This document shows positions 53,860 through 62,537 of a stretch of DNA of 64,000 nucleotides, piece by piece (position 1 is the stretch's first letter; each line of letters starts with the position of its first letter). A model generated the notes under the pieces. The model was not told where the DNA came from, searched no databases, and saw only the letters and a list, made by a program, of their open reading frames with translations. The stretch covers positions 11,323-75,322 of the forward strand of contig JAUSKF010000005.1 of the NCBI GenBank assembly GCA_030646995.1, given 5' to 3'. The translations under genes were made by a program, and so were the position numbers. The DNA comes from a bacterium. GTDB taxonomy: Bacteria > Patescibacteriota > Minisyncoccia > UBA6257 > WO2-44-18.

Positions 53860-54585
53860 ATGAGTAAAATAATTATTGCGAACTGGAAATTAAATCCTTC
53901 TTCTCCGGTGGATGCCGAGAAGTTGGCGAAAGAAAGTGATTTGAAGGGTTTGGTAATCGCCCCGCCGTTTCCATTTTTGGAATTCGTGGCCGCTATTATA
54001 AAAAAAGCCACACTGGGCGCCCAAGATTTATTTTGGGAAGATGCGGGCGCATATACTGGAGAGGTTTCGGGAGCGCAGCTGAAAGCGTTGGAAGTTGAGT
54101 ATGTAATAATTGGCCACTCCGAGCGTCGTAAGAATCTAGGCGAGACGGATGAAATGGTGGCGAAAAAAGTGGGCGCCGCCGTGAAAGATGGACTCAAGCC
54201 GATTATCTGCGTCGGTGAGACTCGTGAGCAGAAAGATAAGAATAAGACCGCGGAGATAGTGGAGCAGGAAGTTCGCATCGGACTTTCCCGAGTCTCGGGC
54301 ACCAAAGAAGAAATAATCGTGGCCTATGAGCCGATTTGGGCGATTGGTACCGGCACTCCGGATACGCCGGAGAATATGTTGAAAATGGTAAAGTTAATAA
54401 AAGAAGTGGCCGCGAAGATGGATATAACAAATGTGCGATGTATCTATGGTGGCTCCGTGAATGGTCAGAATGCGGAAGACTTCCTCAAGCATCCGGAAAT
54501 AGAAGGCGCCCTTGTCGGAGGAGCAAGCCTGAAAAGTGAAGAAATTATAAAAATAATAGAAATAGCAAAAAAATATGCCCGGTAG
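53860..54585 (+). CDS. tpiA: Triosephosphate isomerase
   Basis: ANWK, GAYTGEVS, GHSERR, AYEPIWAIGTG, YGGSV, LVGGASL. Confidence 0.97.
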   Translation: MSKIIIANWKLNPSSPVDAEKLAKESDLKGLVIAPPFPFLEFVAAIIKKATLGAQDLFWEDAGAYTGEVSGAQLKALEVEYVIIGHSERRKNLGETDEMVAKKVGAAVKDGLKPIICVGETREQKDKNKTAEIVEQEVRIGLSRVSGTKEEIIVAYEPIWAIGTGTPDTPENMLKMVKLIKEVAAKMDITNVRCIYGGSVNGQNAEDFLKHPEIEGALVGGASLKSEEIIKIIEIAKKYAR

Positions 54586-54705
54586 CTACAAGTTGGATAA
54601 TTTTCCGATTTAGCCGCTGGATGTTAAATAAAAATATGAAGAATAAAAAACAAATCATTTACAAAGTCGCAGTCAATATAAACAATTCAATTTGTAGCAC
54701 CGGGT

Positions 54706-55476
54706 ATGCCAAATAAATTCGAACAATCAAAAGTATACTTCTGGCCGATACTCAATGTCCTGTTAATAGTAGGAATCTTATTCTTATTGGTTATTGGTAA
54801 ATCAATTTGGAAGCAGAGCGCTTCTTTGTATCCGGCCCGCACAATCAACGTGTCCGCTGAAGGGAAAACTACAGTTGCCCCGGATTTGGCGACTTTGTCG
54901 TTCTCGGTAGTTTCGCAGGGAAAAGATCCGGTAAAACTTCAGGAGGACAACAATACTAAAATCAACAACGCCTTGGATTTCGTGAAGGCACAGGGAATAG
55001 ACGCGAAGGACATCAAAACTTCCAATTACAATCTTTCCCCGAACTATCACTGGGATGAAAAAACCCGCGTCAATTCTATTGACGGATATACCCTAAACCA
55101 ATCGGTGGTCATCAAGGTGCGTGACCTAGCTAAAGTTGCCGTTCTCCTTGGCGGCTTGCCATCCTTAGGAATCAATCAGATCGGCGGAGTGGACTTTTCT
55201 ATTGATGATCAGGATAAATTCCTGAATGAAGCCCGCGAGGAAGCTTTCGCGAAAGCTCGCGCAAAAGCTGAGGCGATGGCAAAGTATGGCGGCACCAGGC
55301 TTGGTAAGGTGGTGACGTTCAGTGAGAGCGGCGGAGGATATCCGTATCCGATGTACTACGCCAAAGAGGCAAGCATGGGAATGGGCGGTGATATGGGGAT
55401 GCCTCCGGCGCCAAGAATCGAGCCGGGCAGTCAGGAAGTCACTGTGAATGTGAATGTGGTTTACGAAATTTGGTAG
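54706..55476 (+). CDS. SIMPL (DUF541) domain protein
   Basis: TINVSAEG....PDLA, DIKT, AR..AF..AR.KA, PGSQEV. Confidence 0.9.
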   Translation: MPNKFEQSKVYFWPILNVLLIVGILFLLVIGKSIWKQSASLYPARTINVSAEGKTTVAPDLATLSFSVVSQGKDPVKLQEDNNTKINNALDFVKAQGIDAKDIKTSNYNLSPNYHWDEKTRVNSIDGYTLNQSVVIKVRDLAKVAVLLGGLPSLGINQIGGVDFSIDDQDKFLNEAREEAFAKARAKAEAMAKYGGTRLGKVVTFSESGGGYPYPMYYAKEASMGMGGDMGMPPAPRIEPGSQEVTVNVNVVYEIW

Positions 55477-55481
55477 TCACG

Positions 55482-56126
55482 ATGCAGCTTAAGACCTCTG
55501 ATGGAGTGAATATCGCCTATGACTGGTATCCCGCCAAAACACCGGCGGGATATTTAGTTTTGGTTCATATGATGCCGGCGACGAAAGAATCATGGAAAGA
55601 GTTTGCGGAAGCGGTGCAGAAAGAAAATTTCTCGAGTATCGCCATCGATCTCCGCGGTCACGGGCAGTCCGATGCCGGTCCGCAGGGATACAACGCCTTT
55701 GCCGACGAAGAACATCAGCAAAGCATTAAAGATCTGGAGGCGGCGCTGGATTTTTTGAAAACCCAAGGCGCAGAATCCGAAAAAATTACTTTAGCCGGCG
55801 CATCAGTCGGATCAAACCTCTGCATTTGGTATTTATCGGAGCATCCGGAGATCAAATCTGCGGTGGCGCTTTCTGCGGGGGAGAGTTACCGCGGAATTCA
55901 TATCTTGCCGATGTTGGCGAAGCTCCAATCTGACCAGAAGTTGTTAATGTTTGCGAGTGAAGACGATGTAAGAAGTGGGGGGAGTAATGCGTCAGTTAAT
56001 AAGAGGCTTATAGAAGCTGTTCCGGAAGGAGTCGGCCGGGAGTTGGCTGTCTTCGCTACCGGCGGGCATGGCACAGATTTCTTGCCACAGGCCACCGCGA
56101 AGATTTTGGAATTTCTGAAGAGTTGA
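55482..56126 (+). CDS. Alpha/beta hydrolase
   Basis: DLRGHGQS, GASVG nucleophile elbow, GHGT. Confidence 0.88.
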   Translation: MQLKTSDGVNIAYDWYPAKTPAGYLVLVHMMPATKESWKEFAEAVQKENFSSIAIDLRGHGQSDAGPQGYNAFADEEHQQSIKDLEAALDFLKTQGAESEKITLAGASVGSNLCIWYLSEHPEIKSAVALSAGESYRGIHILPMLAKLQSDQKLLMFASEDDVRSGGSNASVNKRLIEAVPEGVGRELAVFATGGHGTDFLPQATAKILEFLKS

Positions 56127-56209
56127 GTATACTTCATATTATAAAAAGGTCCCCACACATAAAGGAGTGGAGTTATGTATGGGACAAGTCGAAAATAAAA
56201 AATAAAAAA

Positions 56210-57214
56210 ATGATTAAAAAAATAATTGTCAGTTTCAGTTTGGTGGCGGCAATGGTTGCCCCGGCTTTGGTTCGTGGAGAAGAAGTGGGCGCGGCTGTCA
56301 ATGTCGGGGTAAGAGCGGAAGTCAAAGCGGACATTCGCGATCTTAAGTCAGATTTAGAAATGCAGGTTAAGGCTTTGCAAGAAAGAGCCGCGCGTGAAGC
56401 GCGCGAAGTTAAGGCGGCGCGTGACGCAGCTTCCGGTCAGGCCACGGGAAAGAGAACGCAGACGGGGACAGAAGTAAAAGCTGAATTTCAGGTTAAGGCT
56501 CCGAGAGATTCGGCCAGCGGACAGGCGACGGGCAAGCGTCAGTACGCGCCGATCAGATTACTTAAGGCCGTTGGCGAGGAAACTCAAGAGATGCGGGCTA
56601 ATCTTCAAGTTGATTTGAAGGCTAGGAGGGAGGTAGTGGCAGAAGAGCTTAAAATGAAGCGTGAAACTTTGCGCGCAGAAATAGAGGTTAAGCGTGAGAG
56701 TATGAAAGCTCAAATAGAGGCCAAGCGCGAACAGCTGAAAGAGCGTTTGAAGGTAGTTCGAGATGAGAAAAAGAAAGAAACTGTGGAGAAAATGGATCGT
56801 CGCTTGGATGAAATCAACAAGAATCGCACCGACCATTATCTGAATGTTTTGGAAAAGTTGAGTAAGGCCGTAGAGAGGATTATCAGCCGCGCCGATAAGG
56901 CCGCGGAGCGTGGTCTTGATGTAGCTGCCGTGCGAACTGCAATTGATGCCGCTGAGGCCGCGATTGCTACGGCAGATGCCGCAGTAAAAGCGCAGGCCGC
57001 GAAGACCTATACGATTACTGTTACCACCGAAGTTGAATTGCGCGCTGCTGTGAAAGCCGCTCACGATGCTTTGAAGGCGGATCTTAGGAAAGTTCATGAT
57101 GTGGTGAAGGCTGCGCATGAAGCTGTCCGTAAAGCAGCTGTTACTTTGGCGCAGATTCCTAGGGTAGACGTAGAAGTTGAGGCGAGCGTCAGCGCAAGCA
57201 CTAATACTCAATAA
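56210..57214 (+). CDS. Secreted coiled-coil protein with two Hcp-like RDxASGQATGKR motifs
   Basis: Signal peptide after ATG 56210; long A/E/K/R helices. Confidence 0.8.
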   Translation: MIKKIIVSFSLVAAMVAPALVRGEEVGAAVNVGVRAEVKADIRDLKSDLEMQVKALQERAAREAREVKAARDAASGQATGKRTQTGTEVKAEFQVKAPRDSASGQATGKRQYAPIRLLKAVGEETQEMRANLQVDLKARREVVAEELKMKRETLRAEIEVKRESMKAQIEAKREQLKERLKVVRDEKKKETVEKMDRRLDEINKNRTDHYLNVLEKLSKAVERIISRADKAAERGLDVAAVRTAIDAAEAAIATADAAVKAQAAKTYTITVTTEVELRAAVKAAHDALKADLRKVHDVVKAAHEAVRKAAVTLAQIPRVDVEVEASVSASTNTQ

Positions 57215-57235
57215 AAGCATTAAAAACAAATTACA

Positions 57236-57436
57236 ATGAAAAAAAATCTAGTTTTGATCTTAGTGGCAGTAGCGCTTATCGTATTGGGATTCTGGTATTG
57301 GAATTCCGTTAAGGAAGAAGCAGCCCCGCTTTCCGATGATAATAGCTCCGCCATTAATGCGGAATTGAATGGAGTAGACCTGGGAGATTTGGATGCCGAA
57401 TTCAAGGATATAGAAGCTGAATTAGGCACCCTTTAA
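57236..57436 (+). CDS. Small single-TM protein
   Basis: MKK + hydrophobic helix + acidic tail. Confidence 0.7.
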   Translation: MKKNLVLILVAVALIVLGFWYWNSVKEEAAPLSDDNSSAINAELNGVDLGDLDAEFKDIEAELGTL

Positions 57437-57440
57437 AGAT

Positions 57441-57986
57441 TTGAAGCAAAGCCAACTTCTAAAACACCTTTTGGTTTTAGCGGTAAGTATAGGCGCGGCA
57501 ATTTTATTGTCGCGCCTTGGCGTTTTTGAGCGGCTTTTGGAATTATCAGGCGGGTTCCAATTGATCGGAATCTTTATCGCTGGATTTTTCTATACTTCCG
57601 CGTTGACCATTGCTCCCGCTACCGTGGCTTTAGCCGAATTGTCGGTGGGTAGTTCTCCTTTGTTGGTGGCGCTGGTGGGCGCGGTAGCGGCTACTATCGC
57701 CGATCTGATTTTGATGACAATCGTGAAAAGGGAAGAGGGGGACGTTGAAGAGGTGCTTCGGCATTATCATCTTTCTCGGGTGCGAAGATTTTCCCATCTA
57801 CCGCTGGTACGGCTGGGCATGGGAATAGTCGGTTTTTTAGCAATCGCCTCGCCTTTGCCGGACGAGCTGGGCCTCGCTTTAATGGGCGCTTCCGGGGTTC
57901 GGCCCACAATATTCGCCGGGTTGTCGTATCTAGCCAACTTTGTCGGGATCTTCGTGCTGTCTTCGGTTGTCCACAGTCTGGTATAG
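57441..57986 (+). CDS. Membrane protein
   Basis: Multiple TM segments, ASPLPDELG motif. Confidence 0.75.
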   Translation: MKQSQLLKHLLVLAVSIGAAILLSRLGVFERLLELSGGFQLIGIFIAGFFYTSALTIAPATVALAELSVGSSPLLVALVGAVAATIADLILMTIVKREEGDVEEVLRHYHLSRVRRFSHLPLVRLGMGIVGFLAIASPLPDELGLALMGASGVRPTIFAGLSYLANFVGIFVLSSVVHSLV

Positions 57987-58033
57987 CATTCTCACTCCTC
58001 GGTTTGGTATTATTCTAATTACACAACAAAAAC

Positions 58034-58181
58034 GGCCCTGATCATCGGGGAGCGGATTGAGTAGTGCATTTAATTGCCCTGCGTTGGTTGAAAGGATTAG
58101 GTATGTGGATGTGAGGTCTACGCACATAATCCTTCTGACTGAATTGCAGACCTGCTCGATTTGCTCTTCAACGAAAGGGGC
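58034..58181 (+). ncRNA. Candidate rod-shaped ncRNA (6S-like?)
   Basis: End-to-end imperfect hairpin with central bulge, followed by T7. Confidence 0.5.
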
Positions 58182-58186
58182 TTTTT

Positions 58187-58353
58187 TTGTTGATTCGAAC
58201 TTTCCCCTCCCTCAACCCGTTCCGTTTGCTCCTACGGCAAACTCCACTTAACGCTCGCGCTAATCGGGTTTTTGTTAAAGATATATTATACAAAAACCTC
58301 CTAGCCGATTAAGCTCGCTCGGGTTTCGATGATGGCAAAGTTCGAATCAACAA
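58187..58353. mobile_element. MITE-like hairpin with 17-bp terminal inverted repeats
   Basis: TTGTTGATTCGAACTTT / AAAGTTCGAATCAACAA plus nested internal IRs. Confidence 0.55.
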
Positions 58354-58415
58354 CCTGCGGAGTTGTTGATGGGAAATGAAAAACCCCTCGTCTAGCGAGG
58401 GGTTTTGTTTGTACC

Positions 58416-58766
58416 TTAGGCAATTTCTTTCAGATTGAGAACTTCGAGCATTTGCTTGCGGATTTCCAGGTCATAGGAGGTTTCGGGCGCATCCGCAGCT
58501 CTAGCAATCGTATCGGCGGTCCATTGGCTAATGCCCATCTTTTTGGCGGCTTCTAAATAGCGCCTGCAGCCAACCGGTTTACCGCAGCGGCTTGCATAGA
58601 CTTTCGTTATTGGGCAGGCCGAGCCAGGATTACATCCTGCACGCAAGTTTGAGCTGTAGCGACAACCAATAGAGCTCCAGCTTTTTACGATCTTAAACTT
58701 ACCTTTGTGCTTCGCCAGTTCCTTCATGAACTGCGCCATTGTCATTTTTGGCTTTTTCTTGGCCAC
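58416..58766 (-). CDS. Orphan Cys-containing basic protein
   Basis: AAGGA SD before GTG 58766; terminator 58380-58405. Confidence 0.65.
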   Translation of the reverse strand: MAKKKPKMTMAQFMKELAKHKGKFKIVKSWSSIGCRYSSNLRAGCNPGSACPITKVYASRCGKPVGCRRYLEAAKKMGISQWTADTIARAADAPETSYDLEIRKQMLEVLNLKEIA

Positions 58767-58852
58767 AACTCTTCCTTTCAATGAAACCGAATAGATAATA
58801 GCTCAAATCTTTGTTTTTGTCCAGTCGGCGGTCTTCGGTGTATAGTAAGCAT

Positions 58853-59896
58853 ATGGACTTCGTCTCTATTGGAATCATTATCGCCGTTCTAGTTGCCGGG
58901 TTTGTCGTTCTTTATGTTGCCCTCAAGCCAAAAGAGAAGGCGCCTGACCAGAGCATGTCGATGCTTCAGAATCAGATTCACGAGATTGGGAGGGTTTTGG
59001 ATACGAGGTTGAGCGAATCTAACCGCGCCATGCAGAACCAGTCGGGCGCAAGCGCCAAATTATTTGGCGATGTGAATGCCAAACTCGCTGTGGTGGAGGA
59101 GACTTCCCGTCAGACACTGGCGATGAATGAGCAGATTAAAAAACTTCAAGATACGCTCACCAATCCGAAACAACGCGGCATTTTAGGAGAATATTTCTTG
59201 GAAACAGTTTTAAAGAATGTATTACCGCCGGGTTCTTATCAAATGCAATACTCGTTTAAAGACGGCGTAATTGTGGACGCGGTGGTATTCGTGGATAAAC
59301 GAATTATTCCGGTAGATTCTAAATTCAGTTTAGAAAATTATAATCGCTTCGCGGCGGCAACCGATCCTTCGGAAAAGAAAAAACACGAGGCAGCTTTTGT
59401 GGGGGATATTAAAATGCGCATTGATGAGACTTCTAAATATGTGAAGCCAACGGAAGACACGATGGATTTTGCTTTCATGTTTATTCCATCGGAGGCGATT
59501 TATTATGATTTGCTTATCAATAAAGTTGGTTCCAGCGCAGAAGATAAAAATCTGATTGCTTATGCCTTTCAGAAAAAAGTGATTATCGTGTCGCCGACTT
59601 CTTTCCTCGCTTATCTGCAAACAGTTTTGCAGGGGCTTCGTAATCAGAAAATTTCCGAAGAGGCGAAGCATATTATTAAACAGGTGGATAACTTGAGAAA
59701 GCATCTGATTACTTATGAAGATTATTTCGGAAAAATCGGCAAGAATCTGGGAACTACGGTGAGCATGTATAACCACGCCTACAAAGAATTCGGGAAGATA
59801 GATAAGGATGTGTTGAAAATTACCGATAAAGGGATGGAGGTTGAGCCGCAATTAGTGGAAGCTCCCGCTATTGAAGAAAAAGAGGGGCTGTTCTAA
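58853..59896 (+). CDS. rmuC: DNA recombination protein RmuC
   Basis: N-terminal TM, PKQRGILGE, VDSKF, DFAFMFIPSE, VSPTS. Confidence 0.92.
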   Translation: MDFVSIGIIIAVLVAGFVVLYVALKPKEKAPDQSMSMLQNQIHEIGRVLDTRLSESNRAMQNQSGASAKLFGDVNAKLAVVEETSRQTLAMNEQIKKLQDTLTNPKQRGILGEYFLETVLKNVLPPGSYQMQYSFKDGVIVDAVVFVDKRIIPVDSKFSLENYNRFAAATDPSEKKKHEAAFVGDIKMRIDETSKYVKPTEDTMDFAFMFIPSEAIYYDLLINKVGSSAEDKNLIAYAFQKKVIIVSPTSFLAYLQTVLQGLRNQKISEEAKHIIKQVDNLRKHLITYEDYFGKIGKNLGTTVSMYNHAYKEFGKIDKDVLKITDKGMEVEPQLVEAPAIEEKEGLF

Positions 59897-59931
59897 ACTT
59901 TTCCTTGGCACTTTATACATAAGGAGATTGT

Positions 59932-60405
59932 ATGCCTCAGATGAAAATCGAGAGCGGTCCGATGATGAATCAGGTAAAGTTGACGACTTCCGCTGAAGAA
60001 CTTTTTGAGCAGGGTAAGTATGATCTTTTTAATTTCAATATCCCATTTTCGGCGTTTCCCCGCGAAACAGTAATTCTGGCTGGAGAAGATGCGGTACGGG
60101 AAGTTCGCGCTGATGATGCTTGGCTTCTGGTTTGCGACACCGATCTGAAGGGCGATGACGCGAGAAGGATGATTGATGAGCTTGGTTTCAAGCCCAGAGG
60201 CGTACGTGAAATTTTGTGCCTCGGCATAAACTATCCAGAGGAGCAGATGCGGCGGCCGATTGTGGCCATCAAAGATACCAGCGGTTATCACGCTTATCTC
60301 TATGGCGATGAGTGCGAGAAGGCGATGAAGCGCCGCAAGATTTATGTTGGCTCGACCAGTGACTACTGGGAATCCGGTTGTCGGTTCTTGTGCGTAAAGA
60401 AGTAA
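59932..60405 (+). CDS. Orphan hypothetical protein
   Basis: TAAGGAG SD, terminator 60413-60433; ends W...CRFLCVKK. Confidence 0.75.
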   Translation: MPQMKIESGPMMNQVKLTTSAEELFEQGKYDLFNFNIPFSAFPRETVILAGEDAVREVRADDAWLLVCDTDLKGDDARRMIDELGFKPRGVREILCLGINYPEEQMRRPIVAIKDTSGYHAYLYGDECEKAMKRRKIYVGSTSDYWESGCRFLCVKK

Positions 60406-60457
60406 TTTTTTCAACCGCCATTCGGCGGTTTTTTGTTTTTGTAATAAAGTTAAGTGG

Positions 60458-61153
60458 ATGCAAGAACTAATCGCAAAAAGGCGACAACAGGTTTTACATG
60501 ATGAAAAATGGCAAAAGTTTTTAAATCGTGCCCGGCTTTTCCGGTTTATTCCATTTGTTGATTTAGCTCTGGCGGCCGGCTCGATGGCGGTAGGAAATGT
60601 GGGTCCGCAATCAGATTTTGACGTAATCGTCGGCGCCAGGCTCGGGCGGATTTTTACCGCCAGATTTTTTGCGGTGCTGGCTTTTGGAATTTTCGGCTGG
60701 CGGAGAAAAAAATTAAGCCACAAAGAAGCGGCGGCGGATAAGATTTGCCTGAATCATTTTGTGACCGAGCGGGCCTATCGGTTGTCTGGTCCGCATGATG
60801 CCTATTGGAAGAAGCTTTATCAAAACATTGTTCCTCTTTTTGGCTCCGTGGAGACAGTGAATAAGTTTTTTTCCGCCAACAATGATTGGGTCGGGGTGCC
60901 TGTAAGTTTCGTGGACGATTTACGCCATAATCGGAGCCGCCGCGCTTTCTTGAGAATCTTCTTGGAAAAATTACTATCCGGTCAGATGGGAATTCTTCTG
61001 GAAAAAGTTCTTCGGAAAATTCAGATAGAGCGAATCGAGCGGGGATTGAAGAACGACCCGCCCGGCTACAAGCCCCGCATTATATATGGAGACGACGAGT
61101 TGGAGTTTCATCCCGATACTAGAAGAATTGAAAAGCTAAACGAAACGTTGTAG
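60458..61153 (+). CDS. Nucleotidyltransferase-fold protein
   Basis: GSMA.G......DFD motif, KICLNHF. Confidence 0.75.
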   Translation: MQELIAKRRQQVLHDEKWQKFLNRARLFRFIPFVDLALAAGSMAVGNVGPQSDFDVIVGARLGRIFTARFFAVLAFGIFGWRRKKLSHKEAAADKICLNHFVTERAYRLSGPHDAYWKKLYQNIVPLFGSVETVNKFFSANNDWVGVPVSFVDDLRHNRSRRAFLRIFLEKLLSGQMGILLEKVLRKIQIERIERGLKNDPPGYKPRIIYGDDELEFHPDTRRIEKLNETL

Positions 61154-61198
61154 CCTGTCTTTAGTTACTCGACACCTTCTACTTCATGAGGAGCCACA

Positions 61199-61654
61199 GT
61201 GGAAGCGTTCAACGTCTCGGAAGATTTGATGGATAAGTGCCTGAAAAAACGGCCCAATCAGCTGAAGTTAATGAGGGCCACCCACAATCATCAACTCGAC
61301 CAAGACGGAGTGGACTTCCTTATCTATTTTAAATTTAAAGACGCTGACGGCACTCTCCAGTTTTTCCCGCTGGCTTTGCCGGTACAGGTGAAGACTTCTG
61401 ATGATGCTAATACGGTCGGGGTCATTTTGCCTCTGCCGGATGCACTTCCCCCAAAGCTGAAAAACCGGATAACACTAAGAAAACTGGGCCGTATACGAAG
61501 GCATCAGGGAAAGCATGGTCACATTTCCTGCATCTTGTTTGTGGGCCGCCCAGCGGACGGGAAAACTGAAGCTGCCATTTTGGAAGACATCTGGCGTGAG
61601 CTGAAGAAGATGAAAGATTTTATCAAAAGGTATCGGTTCCCGCATTTTAAATAA
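61199..61654 (+). CDS. Orphan PD-(D/E)XK-like nuclease-fold protein
   Basis: D..GVDF...VQVKTS; GAGGAG SD; terminator 61657-61685. Confidence 0.6.
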   Translation: MEAFNVSEDLMDKCLKKRPNQLKLMRATHNHQLDQDGVDFLIYFKFKDADGTLQFFPLALPVQVKTSDDANTVGVILPLPDALPPKLKNRITLRKLGRIRRHQGKHGHISCILFVGRPADGKTEAAILEDIWRELKKMKDFIKRYRFPHFK

Positions 61655-61751
61655 TCAAAATCTCCCCCACTGGGGAGATTTTTTTATCTTATTTACTTTT
61701 GCAGAACTGGGAATACAATTAAATCTAGAACTTAGATAAGGAGAGCCTGCA

Positions 61752-62438
61752 GTGAATACTTCACTGACGCGCTTGTCGTGCGCTTTGATCCTTTTTGCAG
61801 TTGCCGGCTGCGCTGCTGTTCCCGTGGCTCCGCCTGTAGCGCTGGAGTCTCGTCATGGATTCACGGTTCGTGGCGACGTGACACAGGAGGTGGTAGATAA
61901 GTTGGATAGGATTTTGGATGATATGGAGCCCGACCCCGTTTCGGCTATTCACTCTGTCGAGGTAACAAAAGATCATTCCAAGTGCGAAGATTGTAGCGCT
62001 TATTGTACGCCGAGCGGCCACATCCTGTTTCTGGATTATTCCGTCAATGCGGCCGACACGGTTTTTCATGAAGTGGCGCACGCGCATCATTTTGCCCGAG
62101 GCTGCCGTAGTCATGTTTGCTCCTGTGGTTTCTGCAGCGAGTGGCGGAGAATTGCTGGTGATGTTTACGGGAAAGGGAAGGATTACCGTTATGGTAAGCC
62201 GGATGATTATCCCGGCTACGGAATGGTCTCTTACTACTCGAGCAAGAGTTACTGGGAGGATGTCGCGGAGATGACCAGTGACGCTTACTGCTACAAGACC
62301 GGCCGAGATTCCGCGCTGCGCCGCCTGAAGGCTGCCGGCGAGCTGGATGAGGACCCGAGATACGGGAAGAAGCTGAAACTGCTCGCCAAGTATGGATTCA
62401 TCAGTCAGAAGTTGTGTGATGAGATTCTAAAGCCTTGA
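61752..62438 (+). CDS. Orphan lipoprotein, zincin metallopeptidase-like
   Basis: Lipobox VAGC, HEVAH, VSYY......EDVAE. Confidence 0.75.
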   Translation: MNTSLTRLSCALILFAVAGCAAVPVAPPVALESRHGFTVRGDVTQEVVDKLDRILDDMEPDPVSAIHSVEVTKDHSKCEDCSAYCTPSGHILFLDYSVNAADTVFHEVAHAHHFARGCRSHVCSCGFCSEWRRIAGDVYGKGKDYRYGKPDDYPGYGMVSYYSSKSYWEDVAEMTSDAYCYKTGRDSALRRLKAAGELDEDPRYGKKLKLLAKYGFISQKLCDEILKP

Positions 62439-62476
62439 CTATTTGAAATAGTTAGATTATAATGAATTTATTCACT

Positions 62477-62507
62477 GATTGGTCGCTCTCCGAGCGGCCA
62501 ATCTTTA
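62477..62507 (+). promoter_or_regulatory. Leader hairpin (possible attenuator) before nusA
   Basis: GATTGGTCGCTC/GAGCGGCCAATC-TTTAT after TTGACT-17-TATAAT. Confidence 0.55.
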
Positions 62508-62537
62508 TAAAAAGTCCAAAATAATAAAAATAAAAAA

